Assembly: GCF_004010195.1 (NCBI RefSeq)
Contig: NC_057742.1
Coordinates: 43,323,368 to 43,386,617, forward strand
From: Chiloscyllium plagiosum
Taxonomy: Eukaryota
Length of the DNA stretch: 63,250 nt
Direction of reading: 5' to 3'
Positions 50,744 through 63,250 of this stretch are shown in pieces. The number at the start of each line of letters is the position of its first letter. Positions within the stretch are counted from its first letter, which is position 1. Position numbers and translations under genes: made by a program. The notes below the pieces were generated by a model that did not search any database, was not told the origin of the DNA, and saw only the letters and a list, made by a program, of their open reading frames with translations.

Positions 50744-52929
50744 CACATAAAGCACCCCGCCACATTTAGCATAGACATTTTTGAAATGATTAATTTAGTG
50801 AGGAAAAATGTAGAGACACAAATTCCTGTCCCTGTTTCCATTTCAATACACCATAAATTACTTATTTATCATATTCTAAAATACTTGTATCCTTGTCTGT
50901 TTATATTTAATACACCTTGTCTTGTTCGTGGGCTAAGAATGTTTCTTTATTTATTTCACTCCAGACTATTTCTATTATATGGTGTACTTTGTCTCAGTAG
51001 TGACCGAACTCAGTCTGGTAACAGCTTATATCACTGGAGTTGCTTTTTCAGAAAGTGAATCTCTCCAGACTGTATGTGTATGATGTCAAAATGCTCTGTT
51101 CCTGCTGATATCAAAATAAATCCTGTTAATGTCATCCCAAATTCTGTCTCGGTTATTTTATATTTCTCCATTGTAAATGAACAGAAACAGAAAACAATCT
51201 GGTTGTTCTGGGTCATATCAACACCTTGCAATTATTAGGAACGTGCAAGGACCATGACTGGTAACTCGGAGAAACCAATGTTTAAATCTTCTACTTAAAG
51301 CAAAATATGACTAAAAAGTTTAAACACAAGAAGCTGACTGAAGGAAATGCTAGTATCACAAATTTCAATAATATTTTAAACTTTTTTAACATTAGGAATT
51401 TTTAGTCATAGTTTTTGAAAGAATTGAGAAAATAATTAATTCTCTGTCTTTCAAAGACAGAGGATTTGCAAAGTTTGAAAGTATAGTGTTGTGCTCTATT
51501 TGAATTCAATGTCAGTCAGAGTTCGATACAGAAAAGGTGATCTGTCCATATATTGTACTGTTAATCTAACTGACAGACATATCTGTCTGTACAGAAGAAT
51601 GCATTCTTTGCCTTTGTTTAGTTTATCAAAATCTAGGAAATAGATCAAGTGGACTATATTCGGCTGGGGAAGTAATGGATACAGAAGACAGAATCTTAAT
51701 CTAGAACATGAAATCTAAAGAAAGAGTAACAAAATGTACAAGACCAAAGACATTAAAAGGTACAGTCAATGTATTCCAGATCTTAGAGAATCAAATGAGC
51801 TTGTTACATGGTCTAGAATTGGAATGTGAAACAGAGATTGACAGATCGCTTTGTAAATGTCACCTCGATGCGATCGTTTCACACGCCTTGGCCTGATATA
51901 AGCCGCATTGGAAGATGTTTCCTCCAGATTGTATCCCCAGGATTTATTGTATGATCAGAAATGAGATGTGTGGCTTGCTGCAGGGACTGAGAAACAGGAA
52001 GTTATGAGTCAGCTGAGAATGACACACCAGGTGCCACTTTCCTGTTATCAATCTTCCTGCCTGTGAGGGTGAACACACACTGACAGCATCAAGAAGAAAA
52101 GGACAGATTGCTGTTGGTTTCAATATTGTATTCAATTCAATTTCTATTTTCCAGAATGGAACAGAAGACACACAGGATTATTTAAGATACAGTGCATTAA
52201 CAGTCAGAGAGATAAAAAGAGTTATCACTGGACAAACAGTAGTTTCGCTCATAAACCTTTGTTTAAAATTAGAAAGCTTTAGGGAAGTCCAGCACTAACA
52301 CAGGTAAAAGGCAAGGAGAGGTTTTTATCAGAGAACAGGTCTTTCTGCCTTGGAAGTTTCCTCTGTGGTACTTTGCAATTCTCATTTTTTTCTTCTATTA
52401 ATGTAAGATAGCAGGAAGATTTTTAAGATTTGAGTAAATGTATTAGACACATTTCTAGGAGAAAGAATTAAATTGATTCAGTAAATCTGGTGTTGTGCCA
52501 CGAGATTTGATTAAATAATGACTTCAGATAGTAGTGATCATCTTCTGAATTTTGTATTTGTTTTGAGGTCACAAACAATGGGCTTAAAACTAGTATTAAA
52601 TTAAATAAGGACAATTATGAAGGCATGAAAACAGAACTAATTAAAGTGAGCTGGTACATCGTTTAAAGGACTAACTAATAATGGTGCCGTAGTGAACACT
52701 TGAGTAAATATTTTAGAATACACCACAAAAATAATTTCTGTCGCATGAGATAGAGAAACATGAAATGAATATAGAGTTTTAAGTCTTTAGTGTGTCTTTG
52801 AGTTGTAAATTAAGTTTTAACCTTGGACTGTGCTTGTTTAATTGGTGTTTTGGATTACTAAAAGCCAGAGCAATGTAGACTGATGAGTCTGATGTCAGTG
52901 TTGTTGTTGGAAAGGATTTTGAGGTTCTA

Positions 52930-55480
52930 TATGTTGTTTGTGAGAAATCGTGTCTCACTAACTTGATTGAGTTTTTTGAAGTGACAAGATTGATGCAGTC
53001 AGGGTAGTGGATGTTGTCTATACGGGCTTCAGCAAAGCGTTTGACAAGGTTAGCAGAGTTCAATCACATGGAGTCTAGGGAGAGCTAGCAATTTGGATGC
53101 AAAATTGGCTTGAAGGTAGAGACAGAAGTTGGTAGTAAAGGGTTGTTTTCAGACTGGAGGCCAATGACCACTGTTTTTTGTCATTTATATATAAGATTTG
53201 AAAGTAAATGTAGGATGAGTAATTAATATGTTTGCAGTTGACACCAAAATTGGTGATGTAGTGGACTGTGAAGAAGGTTTTCTCGGATTATAACAGGATC
53301 TTGATCAGATGGGCTAAGATGTAGGCAGATGGAATTTAATTTAGATAAATGTGATATGTTTCATTTTGGTATTGCAAATCAGGGCAGGACGTATACACTG
53401 AGTGGTATGGTCCTGGGGAGTATTGCCATACAAATAGACCATGGAGTGCAGGTTCATAGTTCCTTGAAGGTGGAGTCTCAAGTAGCAGGGTAGTGAAGAT
53501 GGCATTTGGTACACTTGCCTTTATTGGTCAGTGCATTGAGTATAGGAGTTGGGATGTCATGTTGTGACAGTGCAGGACATTGGTTAGGCCACTTTTGAAA
53601 TACAGGATACTATATTTCTGGTCTCTCTGCTATAGAAAGAATGTTGTTAAATTTGAAATGGTGCAGAAAAGATTTACAAGGATGTTGCCATGTTTGTAGG
53701 GTTTGAGTTATAGGGAGAGGCTGGAGCTATCTTCCCTGGAATAGGGTACTATGTTAATTTCTGGTCTCTCTGCTATAGAAAGAATGCTGTTAAATTTGAA
53801 ATGGTGCAGAAAAGATTTACAAAGATGTTGCCATGTTTGTAGGGTTTGAGTTATAGGGAGAGGCTGGAGCTATCTTCCCTGGAATGATGGAGGCTCAGTG
53901 TTGACCTTAGAAGTTTATAAAATCAGGAGGGGCATTAATAGGGTCAATAGCCAATTTCTTTTTCTGAGTTTAGGGAAGTCCAAAAATGAGAGGACATAGG
54001 TTTAAGATGGGAGGGGAAAGACATAAAAGGGACCGAGGGGGCAACGTCATCACGCAGCGGTTGGTTCATGTATGGAATAAGCTGCCAGTGGAAGTATTGG
54101 AGACAGGTGCAATTACAGCATTTAAAAGGCATGTGGATGAGTGCACTAATGGGAAGGATTTATAGGGATATAGATCAAGTACTGGCAAAAGAGGTAGGCA
54201 GGTAATGCAGGAATCTTCTGTGGCTATCCTCATTGCAAATAAGTATGCTGTTTAGAAAAACAAAGCGGGTGATGGATTCTTAGGGTAATGTAGCACGAAC
54301 AGCCAAGTTTCTGGTATGAAGACAGGCTCTAATGTAATGAGGGGTACATTGTGTTCCAAGTGATCATTTGTGTTATGGGACTGTCTAGCCAGAGGCAGAG
54401 ACACATTTTTCTGCAGCCAGCAGCAAAAAATCAGAATGGTGTGTTGCCCCCCTGGTACCAGGATCAAGGATGTCTCAGAGAGCATGCAGAATGTTCTCAG
54501 AGGGGAGAGGGCCAAGCAGGNNNNNNNNNNNNNNNNNNNNNNNNNNNNNNNNNNNNNNNNNNNNNNNNNNNNNNNNNNNNNNNNNNNNNNNNNNNNNNNN
54601 NNNNNNNNNNNNNNNNNNNNNNNNNNNNNNNNNNNNNNNNNNNNNNNNNNNNNNNNNNNNNNNNNNNNNNNNNNNNNNNNNNNNNNNNNNNNNNNNNNNN
54701 NNNNNNNNNNNNNNNNNNNNNNNNNNNNNNNNNNNNNNNNNNNNNNNNNNNNNNNNNNNNNNNNNNNNNNNNNNNNNNNNNNNNNNNNNNNNNNNNNNNN
54801 NNNNNNNNNNNNNNNNNNNNNNNNNNNNNNNNNNNNNNNNNNNNNNNNNNNNNNNNNNNNNNNNNNNNNNNNNNNNNNNNNNNNNNNNNNNNNNNNNNNN
54901 NNNNNNNNNNNNNNNNNNNNNNNNNNNNNNNNNNNNNNNNNNNNNNNNNNNNNNNNNNNNNNNNNNNNNNNNNNNNNNNNNNNNNNNNNNNNNNNNNNNN
55001 NNNNNNNNNNNNNNNNNNNNCGAATGTGGGGACATAAATGTCCATATTATAGAGGAGGAGGTGTTCGATGTCTTCAAATGCATAGAAGTGAATAAATCCC
55101 CAGGAACCGATCACTTGTACCCTGGAAGTCAATGAGAAGCTAGGGAAGTGATTGCTGGGCTCCTTGATGAGATATTTATATCATTGGTAGATACAGGGGA
55201 GGTGCCGGAAGACTCATGGTTGGCTAACATGGTGCCAATATTAAGAAAACTGGTAAGGAAAAGCTAGGGAACTAATAGACCAGTGAGCCTGGCGTCGATG
55301 GTGGGCATGTTGTTAGAGGGAATCCTGAGGGACAGGACTTACATGTATTTGCATAGACAAGGAGTGATTAGGGATAGTCAACATGACTTTGTGATGGGAA
55401 ATCATCTCACTAACATGATTGCGTTTTTTGAAGAAGTAACAAAGAGGATTAATGAGGGCAGCGCGGCGAACGTGATTTTG
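52930..55480 (+). mobile_element. CR1 LINE fragments (RT 3' part, then ORF1 esterase-like and ORF2 parts across a gap)
   Basis: RT motifs. RMVCCPPGTRIKDVSE is typical of the CR1 ORF1 esterase. Internal ~140-bp tandem duplication at ~53607-53885. Confidence 0.8.
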
Positions 55481-55489
55481 TTTTAATTC

Positions 55490-56230
55490 ATAGCCATCGT
55501 TGGCTGGCCAGCATTGATAGCCCATCCCTATTTGCCCTTGAGAAGGTGTTGGTAAGCTGCCTTCTTGGATTGCTGCAGTCCACTTGCTGTGGGTTCATCC
55601 ACAATGCTGGTAGGGAGCGAATTCCAGGATTTTGACCCAATGACTGTGAAAGAACAATGGTATATTTCCAAGTCAGGATGTTGAGTAGCTTGGGGGGAGG
55701 GGGGGGGGGGGGGGATCTTGTAGGTGGTGGTGTTAAGTATCTGCTGCCCTTGTTCTTCTAGATGGAAGTGGTTGTGGGTTTGGATGGTGCTGCCTCAGGA
55801 TCGTTGGTGAATTTCTGCAGTGTATCTTGTGATTAGTACACACTGCTGCTTCTGAGCACCAGTGGTGGAGGGATTGAATGTTTGTAGATGTGATGCCAAT
55901 TAGGTGGTTGCTTTGTCCTGGATGGTGTCAAGCTTCTTGAAAGTTGTTGGAGCTGCACCCATCCAGGCAAGTGGGGAGTATTCCATAACACTCCTGTCTT
56001 GTGCCTATAGATGGTGGAGAGACTTTGGGGTATCAGGAGGTGAGTTACACACTGCAGCATCCATAGTCTCGGACCTGGTCTTGTAGCCACTGTGTTTATG
56101 TGGTGAGTGCAGTTGAGTTTCTGGTCAACGGTAACCCCAAGGATGTTGACAGTGGGGGATTCAGTAATGGTAATATCGTTGAATATCAAGGGGTGTGGTT
56201 AGAGTGTCTGTTATTGATGATGGTCATTGG
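55490..56230 (-). mobile_element. CR1/L2-group LINE 3' fragment of a second family
   Basis: NILGVTVDQKLNCTHHINTVATR...LLIPQSLSTIY. Confidence 0.75.
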
Positions 56231-56292
56231 CATTTGTGTTGCAGCTTTATAAGACTTTGGTTGAGCCACACTAAAGTGTACTGTGTTCAATT

Positions 56293-56468
56293 CCAGGTTA
56301 TAGTCCAACAGGTTTATTTGAAAGCACCAGCTTTCACCAGCTTCCTGATGAAGGAGAGCACTCCAAAAGCTAGTGCTTCCAAATAAGCCTGTTGGATTAT
56401 AACCTGTGGTGTTGTGCAATTTTTAACTTTGTACCCCCCCAGTCCAACACAGGCACTTCCAAATTATG
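56293..56468. mobile_element. Palindromic Penelope-type insertion (family of 21348-21559) within a CR1
   Basis: Same arms and tail. CTGATGA at 56345, GAAA mutated to AAAA. Confidence 0.75.
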
Positions 56469-57404
56469 GCGTTCAATTCTGGTTGCCACATTACAGGAAG
56501 GATGTGGATGTTTTGAAGAGGGTGCAGAAGAGCTTGACCAGGATGCTGTCTGGATTAGAGGATATGTACGATAAGGAGAGGATGGAAAAATTGAAGTTGT
56601 TTTCTCTAGGGTAGCAGAGACTGAGGGGAGACGATAGATATCCACAAAATTATGAGATGCATAGATCGGGTTGGTGGTCAGATTCTTTTTCCCAGCAATG
56701 TCTAATACTAGGGGGCCTGCATTTAAGGTGAGAGGGGCAAGTTCAAAGGAATTGTGAGGGGTAAGTTGTTTTAAAAGAGAATGGTAGGAGTCTGGAACAT
56801 GCTGCTGTCAGGTGGGTGATGGAGGCAGATGTGTTCAGGGCATTTAAGGGATTTTTAGATGAGCATATGACTGCAAGGAATGGAGGAATGTGGACCTATA
56901 GTGCTTCCACACTGGGGATTCTAAGGGATCAACTTGTTTAAGATCACCCCAGGCACCCATATACTCACTCCATCATTTGAGGAACCTTTTACAAGACCCT
57001 TAATTGATTACATAGCACACCTCCCAAAAACAAAGTGGAAATTAATATTTGTTTACCATAATACATGTGCCTACTAAATTCTGGAGGCCATTCCATTATG
57101 CAATAGTATGAGTCCAAGCAGTGTAGAAGAGTTACTCATTTTTTTATTTGATATGGATTACCCCCATAAATACAATTTTACATCAAAATTATTCAAGTAT
57201 ATTATGGATAGTTTAGCAATAAAACAATTAAGCAACATCCTTATAGACTTAATCCTCTAAAATTGGCACAGCTTCAAAAAGGGTTTGAAAGCTTACACAA
57301 AATTCTCTATAATCGAACTAAGTTGCCATATGGCAACAGCCTAGAACTTACATGCTGAAACATTGGATGACACAGCTGAATCAGCGTTAGCCTAATACAG
57401 ACAA

Positions 57405-58640
57405 CCAGGAGGCTGGTAGAACACAGCAAGCCTGGCAGCATCAGGAGGTGGAGAAGTCAACATTTCGGGTGTAACCCTTCTTCAGGACTTCTCCTTTAAC
57501 TCCTCCCATCTGACAAGGATGGCCTTCAGGCCCTCAGCTTCTTCCTCTCCAACAGACCCACCTCCACCTCGCCAAACTAGTCTCACCCTGAATAATTTTT
57601 CCTTTAACTCCTCCCATTTCACAAGGTTAGCCTAAGATAGCAGTGAAATTTCTTTGGGAGGTCTTTTGGAATTCAGAATCACAGAATCATAACAGTAGAG
57701 AAGGGGAGGACCAGTTCCACCACAGAACACACCAGATGGCCTCCTTCTTTAGAGACCGCAATTTCCCTTCCCACGTGGTTAAAGATGCCCTCCAACGCAT
57801 CTCGTCNNNNNNNNNNNNNNNNNNNNNNNNNNNNNNNNNNNNNNNNNNNNNNNNNNNNNNNNNNNNNNNNNNNNNNNNNNNNNNNNNNNNNNNNNNNNNN
57901 NNNNNNNNNNNNNNNNNNNNNNNNNNNNNNNNNNNNNNNNNNNNNNNNNNNNNNNNNNNNNNNNNNNNNNNNNNNNNNNNNNNNNNNNNNNNNNNNNNNN
58001 NNNNNNNNNNNNNNNNNNNNNNNNNNNNNNNNNNNNNNNNNNNNNNNNNNNNNNNNNNNNNNNNNNNNNNNNNNNNNNNNNNNNNNNNNNNNNNNNNNNN
58101 NNNNNNNNNNNNNNNNNNNNNNNNNNNNNNNNNNNNNNNNNNNNNNNNNNNNNNNNNNNNNNNNNNNNNNNNNNNNNNNNNNNNNNNNNNNNNNNNNNNN
58201 NNNNNNNNNNNNNNNNNNNNNNNNNNNNNNNNNNNNNNNNNNNNNNNNNNNNNNNNNNNNNNNNNNNNNNNNNNNNNNNNNNNNNNNNNNNNNNNNNNNN
58301 NNNNNNNNNNNNNNNNNNNNNNNNNNNNNNNNNNNNNNNNNNNNNNNNNNNNNNNNNNNNNNNNNNNNNNNNNNNNNNNNNNNNNNNNNNNNNNNNNNNN
58401 NNNNNNNNNNNNNNNNNNNNNNNNNNNNNNNNNNNNNNNNNNNNNNNNNNNNNNNNNNNNNNNNNNNNNNNNNNNNNNNNGCTCCAGACTCACTGCCTTT
58501 ATTCCTGAGGGAGGAGGTCTGGGCACAGGTTTTGCCCGAAACATCGATTTCGAAGCTCCTTGGATGCTGCCTGAACTGCTGTGCTCTTCCAGCTCCACTA
58601 ATCCAGAATCTGGTTTCCAGCATCTGCAGTCATTGTTTTT
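57405..58640 (+). mobile_element. Penelope-like element fragments across a gap
   Basis: EDQFHHRTHQMASFFRDRNFPSHVVKDALQRIS (PLE RT C-terminal region), gatgctgcc...ccagc terminal repeat, minus-strand CTGAAGA-AGGGT-TAC-ACCC-GAAA hammerhead variant at ~57460-57486. Confidence 0.75.
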
Positions 58641-59509
58641 ACCAAGGAGGTTATTTGGCCTATTATGCATACATCGGTTCTATTATTCATGCCAATCTCC
58701 TGCCTCTTCCACAATTCTCCATACACTATTTCAATCCAACTAATTGTCCAGTGTCAAAGAATGAAGAACGATACAGCACAGGTTTCAGGGCCGAAGGGAC
58801 TGTTCCTGTGCTGTTTTGTTCTTCATTCTTTGACACCTTCGGCCCTGAAACCTGTGCTGACACATTTTGCCTTTCTATTCTAAAACTGTCTTCATTTACA
58901 GGATCAGTGTCCTTCCAACCCTTGATAAAGCAAATTACTGCAGATGCTGGAATCTGAAACCAAAAAAGAGAAAATGCTGGAACATCTCAGCAAGTCTGGC
59001 AGCATCTGTAAGGAGAGAAAACAGTTTGAGTCTAACTGACCCTTTGGCAAAGCCCTTCCTGTTTACATATTTGTCTAGCTGCTCTGGAATGTTGCTACCG
59101 TATCTGCTTCCACCACCTATTCTGGCAGTGTGTTCCAAGCGTTTACCACTCTTTGTGTGAAAAACCTCCTTGCACATCTCTTTTAAACATCCCTCTTTGC
59201 ATCTTGAACTTTGTCCCTTCGTAATTGACCCCTCCACCCTGGGAGAGAAACATCATACTTTCTTCTTTATTCGCACCATTTACAATCTTATAAACTTCTA
59301 TCAGGTCACCCCTTCAAACTTCTGTGTTCCAGACAGAACAAATCCAGTCTATCCAACCTTTCTTCATAGCTAAAATCCCAAATACTAGGCAGCGTCCCGG
59401 TAAAACTTTTCTTTACCCTCTCCAAAGCACCCTCATCCTTATGATAGTGTGGACCAGACCTGTATGCAATATTCCAAGTATGGCCTAACTAAAGTTCTGT
59501 AAAGTTTTT

Positions 59510-60730
59510 CGAGGAGGTGACAGTTCTTTGAGGAGGTGACAAGACAGGTCGACGAAGGTTCGAGCAGTGGATATTGTGTATATGGACTTCAGCAAGGCAT
59601 TTGATAAGGTTTCCCCATGGTAGGCTCATTATAAAGTCAGGAAGGATGGAATTCTTGGAGATTTGGCGATCTCGATTCAGAATTGGTTGGCTGACAGAAG
59701 GCAGAGAAGTGGTTGTAGATGGAAAGTATTCTACCTAGTGGTCAGTTTGAGTGGGGTTCTTGGGCCTCTGCTCTTTGTAGTTTTTATAAATGGCTTGGAT
59801 AAGGAGATTGAAGGGTGGGTTAGTAAATTTGCAGATGACACAAAGGTTGGAGGTGCCATTGATAGTATTGCAGACTATTGCAGGCTGCAGCACGACATAG
59901 ACAGGATGCAGAGCTGAGAAATGGCAGATGGAGTTCAACCTGGATAAATACAAAGTGATGTATTTTGGAAGGTCGAACTCAAATGCTGAATATAGGATTA
60001 AAGATCTTGGCAGTGTGGAGGAACAGAGGGATCTTGGTGTTCAAGTACATTCCACAAAATTGCCACCCAAGTGGATAGGTTTGTTAAGAAGACTTATGAT
60101 GTTTTGGCTTTCATTAACAGGGGGATCGAATTTAAGAGCTGCAAGGTTTTGCAACAGCTCTACAAGTCCCTGGTGAGGCCACACTTGGAATATTGTGTTC
60201 AATTCTGGTTGCTCTACTATAGGAAAGATACAGAGGCTTTGGAGAGGGTGCAAAGAAGGTTTACCAGGATGCTGCCTGGACTGGAGGGCTTGCCTTATGA
60301 AGAAAGGTTAAATAAGCTCGGACTTTTCTCTCAGGAGAGATGGAGGAAGAGAGGTGACCTGATCGAGGTATACAAGATAATTAGAGGTATGGATAAAGTC
60401 AATAGCCAGAGACTTTTCCCCTGGGTAGGATTGACTGGCACAAGGGGTCATAGTTTTAAGATATTAGGAGAATGGTATAGAGGGGACGTCAGAGGAAGGT
60501 TCTTTACGCAGACAGTTGTAAATGCTTGGGATGCATTGCCAGTGGTGGTGGTGGAAGTAGAGTCATTAGGTACATGTAAGCAACTGCTGGACATGCACAT
60601 GGATAGCAGTGAATTGAGGGGTGCGTCAGTTAAGGTATTTTATTTTACATTAGGATTAATCCTTGGTACAACATTGCGGGCCAAAGGGCCTGTTCTGTGC
60701 TGTACTTCTCTATTTTCCATGTTCCATGTT
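59510..60730 (+). mobile_element. CR1 LINE RT 3' fragment
   Basis: GPLLFVVFINGLD..SKFADDTKV and LYKSLVRPHLEYCVQFW. Confidence 0.9.
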
Positions 60731-60759
60731 CTAAAGCTGCAGCATAATTTGCCTATCCT

Positions 60760-61240
60760 TATATTAAATGTTCCTTCTAATGAAGGCATGCATGTTGTAG
60801 GTCTAATTCACTACTTATCTACCTGTGCATCCACCTTCAGTGATCTGTGGACCTGGACACCCAGATCCATTTGTGTGTCAATATTCACCTGGGTTCTGCC
60901 ATTAACTGAATAATTTCCACCTGTACTTGACCTTCCAAAATGCATCCATCTCACATTTGTCTGGATTTAACATCATCTGCCGTGCCTCCAAATGATCTAT
61001 ATCCTGTTGTATCCTTTGACAATCCTCCTCACTATTCACAACTCCACCAACCTTTGTATCATCCACAAACTTACTAATTAAATCAACCAGATTTTCCTCC
61101 AAATCATTTATGCAGACCATGAACAGCAGAGGTCCCAGCATTAATCTCTGTGGAGCACCACTAGTCACAACCCTCCATTCCAAAAATCAGCTTTTCACCA
61201 CTGCACTCTGTCTCCAATTACTAAGCCAGTTGTATATCCA
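60760..61240 (-). mobile_element. CR1 LINE fragment
   Basis: GPLLFMVCINDLEE..SKFVDDTKVGG. Confidence 0.8.
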
Positions 61241-61244
61241 TCTT

Positions 61245-62030
61245 GGAGAAAGTGAGGTCTGCAGATGCTGGGAATCAGAGTCAAGAGTGTGTTGCTGGAA
61301 AAGCACAGCAGGTCAGGCAGCATCCGAGGAGCAAGAGAATCGATCATTTCAGGATGGAGCCCTTCATCAGGAATGAAGCTTGGAGCCTTGGGGGTAGAGA
61401 GATAAATGGGAGGGGTATGGGTCTGGGGAGAAGATAGCCAAGAGTGCAGTAGGTGGATAGAGATAGAGGTAAAGGTGATAAGCCAGAGAGGAAAGTGGAG
61501 TGGATAGAAGGGAAGGAAGATTGATAGGTGGGTAAAGACAATGACTGCAAATGCTGGAAACCAGAGTTTAGATTAGAGTGGTGCTGGAAAAACACAGCAG
61601 TTCAGGCAGATTTTACTGCTCCTCAGATGCTGCCTGAACTGCTGTGCTTTTCCAGCACCACTCTAATCGATTTACTGCTCCTCAGATGCAGATTGATAGG
61701 TGGGACAGGTCGTGAGGGTGGTGCTGAGCTGGAAGGTTGGAACTGGGGTAAGGTGGGGGGAGGGAAAATGTGGAAACTGGTGAAGTCCACATTGATGCCC
61801 TGGGTCGAAGCGTCCTGAGGCGGAAGATAAGGCATTCTTCCTCCAGGCATCGGGTGGTGAGCGAGTGGCATGGAGGAGCCCAGGATCTGCATATCCTCGG
61901 CAGAGTGGGAGAGGGAGTTGAAATGTTCGGCCATGGGACGATGGGGTTCCGGAGATTTCACTAAAGCGGTCTACAAGAAGGCGTCCAGTTTCCCAAATGT
62001 CGAGGGGACTGCACCGGGAACAACGGACAC
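61245..62030 (-). mobile_element. Penelope-like element 3' part (GIY-YIG endonuclease remnant plus terminal repeat with hammerhead core)
   Basis: AEHFNSLSHSAEDMQILG...QGINVDFTSF. Minus-strand CCTGATGAAGGGCTCCATCCTGAAA at ~61347-61371. Confidence 0.8.
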
Positions 62031-62990
62031 ATAGAACATAGAAAAATACAGCACAGAACAGGCCCTTAGGCTCACAATGTTCTGCTGAGACTTAATCCTA
62101 ATGTAAAATATAGTAACTTAACCTACACACCCCTCAACTGTGCAGCAGTCGCTTAAATGTCCCCAATGACTTTGCTTCCACCACCTCAACTCGCAATGCA
62201 TTCCGTGCATTCACAACTCTCTGCGTAAAGAACCTAACTCTGATGTCTCCTTTATACCTTCCTCCTAATATCTTCAAGGAGAAAGTGAGGTCTGCAGATG
62301 CTGGAGATCAGAGATGGAAATGTGTTGCTGGAAAAGCGCAGCAGGTCAGGCAGCATCTAGGGAACAGGAGAATTGACGTTTCGAGCATTAGCCCTTCTGC
62401 TGCGCTTTTCCAGCAACACATTTCCATTCCTAATATCTTCAAACTATGACTTCTTGTACCAGTCAATCCTACTCTGGGGAAAAGTCTCTGGCTATTGACT
62501 ATCTATTCCACTCATTACCTTATATACCTCGATCAGGTCTCCTCTCTTCCTCCTCCTCTCCAGAGAGAAAAGTCCGAGCTTATTCAACCTTTCTTTATAT
62601 GGCAAGTCCTCCAGTCCAGGCAGCATCCTGGTAAAACTTCTTTGCACCCTCTCCAAAGCGTCTGTATCTTTCCTATAAATGCCATGTGGAAATGCAGCTG
62701 TTCTCTAAAGTACTCTGCGCCCATCTTGCTGGCTCATCCCTGAATTCACCTTTTATACCAATCTGGCATGAGGGACCTTGTCAAAGTCTTTACTGAAGTC
62801 CATGTAGACAACATAATTTCCCTGCTTTTCTCTCATCAATCATCTTCTTCACCTCCTCAAAAAACTTGATCAAGTCAGTGATGTATGACCTCCCTTGCAT
62901 AAACTATTGTGTCTATTGCTAATAAATCCATTTGTTTCTAAATGCATTCAGATCTTGTCCCTGAGAATCTTTTCCAATAATTTCCCTACC
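62030..62990 (-). mobile_element. CR1 fragments with nested Penelope-type fold-back (62278-62425)
   Basis: Reverse complement of the 41885-42750 family, interrupted by gttgctggaaaagcgcagcag / ctgctgcgcttttccagcaac arms. Confidence 0.8.
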
Positions 62991-63250
62991 AAGCTTTGTG
63001 CACAGTATCCACGTAGATATCTTTGACCTCCAGTGAACTGGCTTGCGTGACTGCTGAGACACAGACTCAGGGAATGGACCAGACCTGTACTATGTGTAGC
63101 AACGCCAAGATTGCTTCACAACTGATGACCAGGCTTTTACCTGTAGAGAAGAGGGGTGATACACCTATTCCAGAATATAGTAGGGGCGAAAAACGCACTG
63201 CCTGCAAAAGTAGTAGACTCACTAACTTTAAGGGCGTTTAAATGGTCATT

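Noticed and set aside
54351-58957. Long ORFs of 200-390 aa in the ORF track (also 34592-35107)
   Set aside because: Artefacts of translating through N gaps.
1-63250. CRISPR arrays, rRNA or prokaryotic systems
   Set aside because: None seen. The sequence is vertebrate genomic DNA.

Overview
Repeat-rich vertebrate DNA from a cartilaginous fish (inferred from the shark-type IgM cluster and elasmobranch-type SINE, CR1 and Penelope repeats). It contains three N-gaps. The core is one shark-style IgM heavy-chain minilocus on the + strand, now a pseudogene: leader (20700), VH with 23-RSS, a single 12/12-flanked D, JH with 22-RSS, Cmu1, Cmu3 and Cmu4 plus secretory tail (to 38537). It has three unusual structural features. 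(1) The only D looks like a fused D1-D2 join. (2) No Cmu2 exon is visible. (3) The transmembrane exon is on the opposite strand, inside a ~2 kb segment bracketed by ~390-bp inverted repeats. Upstream (about 1.8-14.2 kb) the minus strand carries an array the ORF track misses: at least 8 paralogous ~78-nt phase-2 exons encoding a 26-aa repeat of an unidentified, probably decaying gene. Many Penelope-type fold-back insertions carry minimal hammerhead ribozyme cores. The rest is CR1 and Rex1 LINE fragments, SINEs, a Gypsy gag relic and a tRNA-Cys pseudogene.
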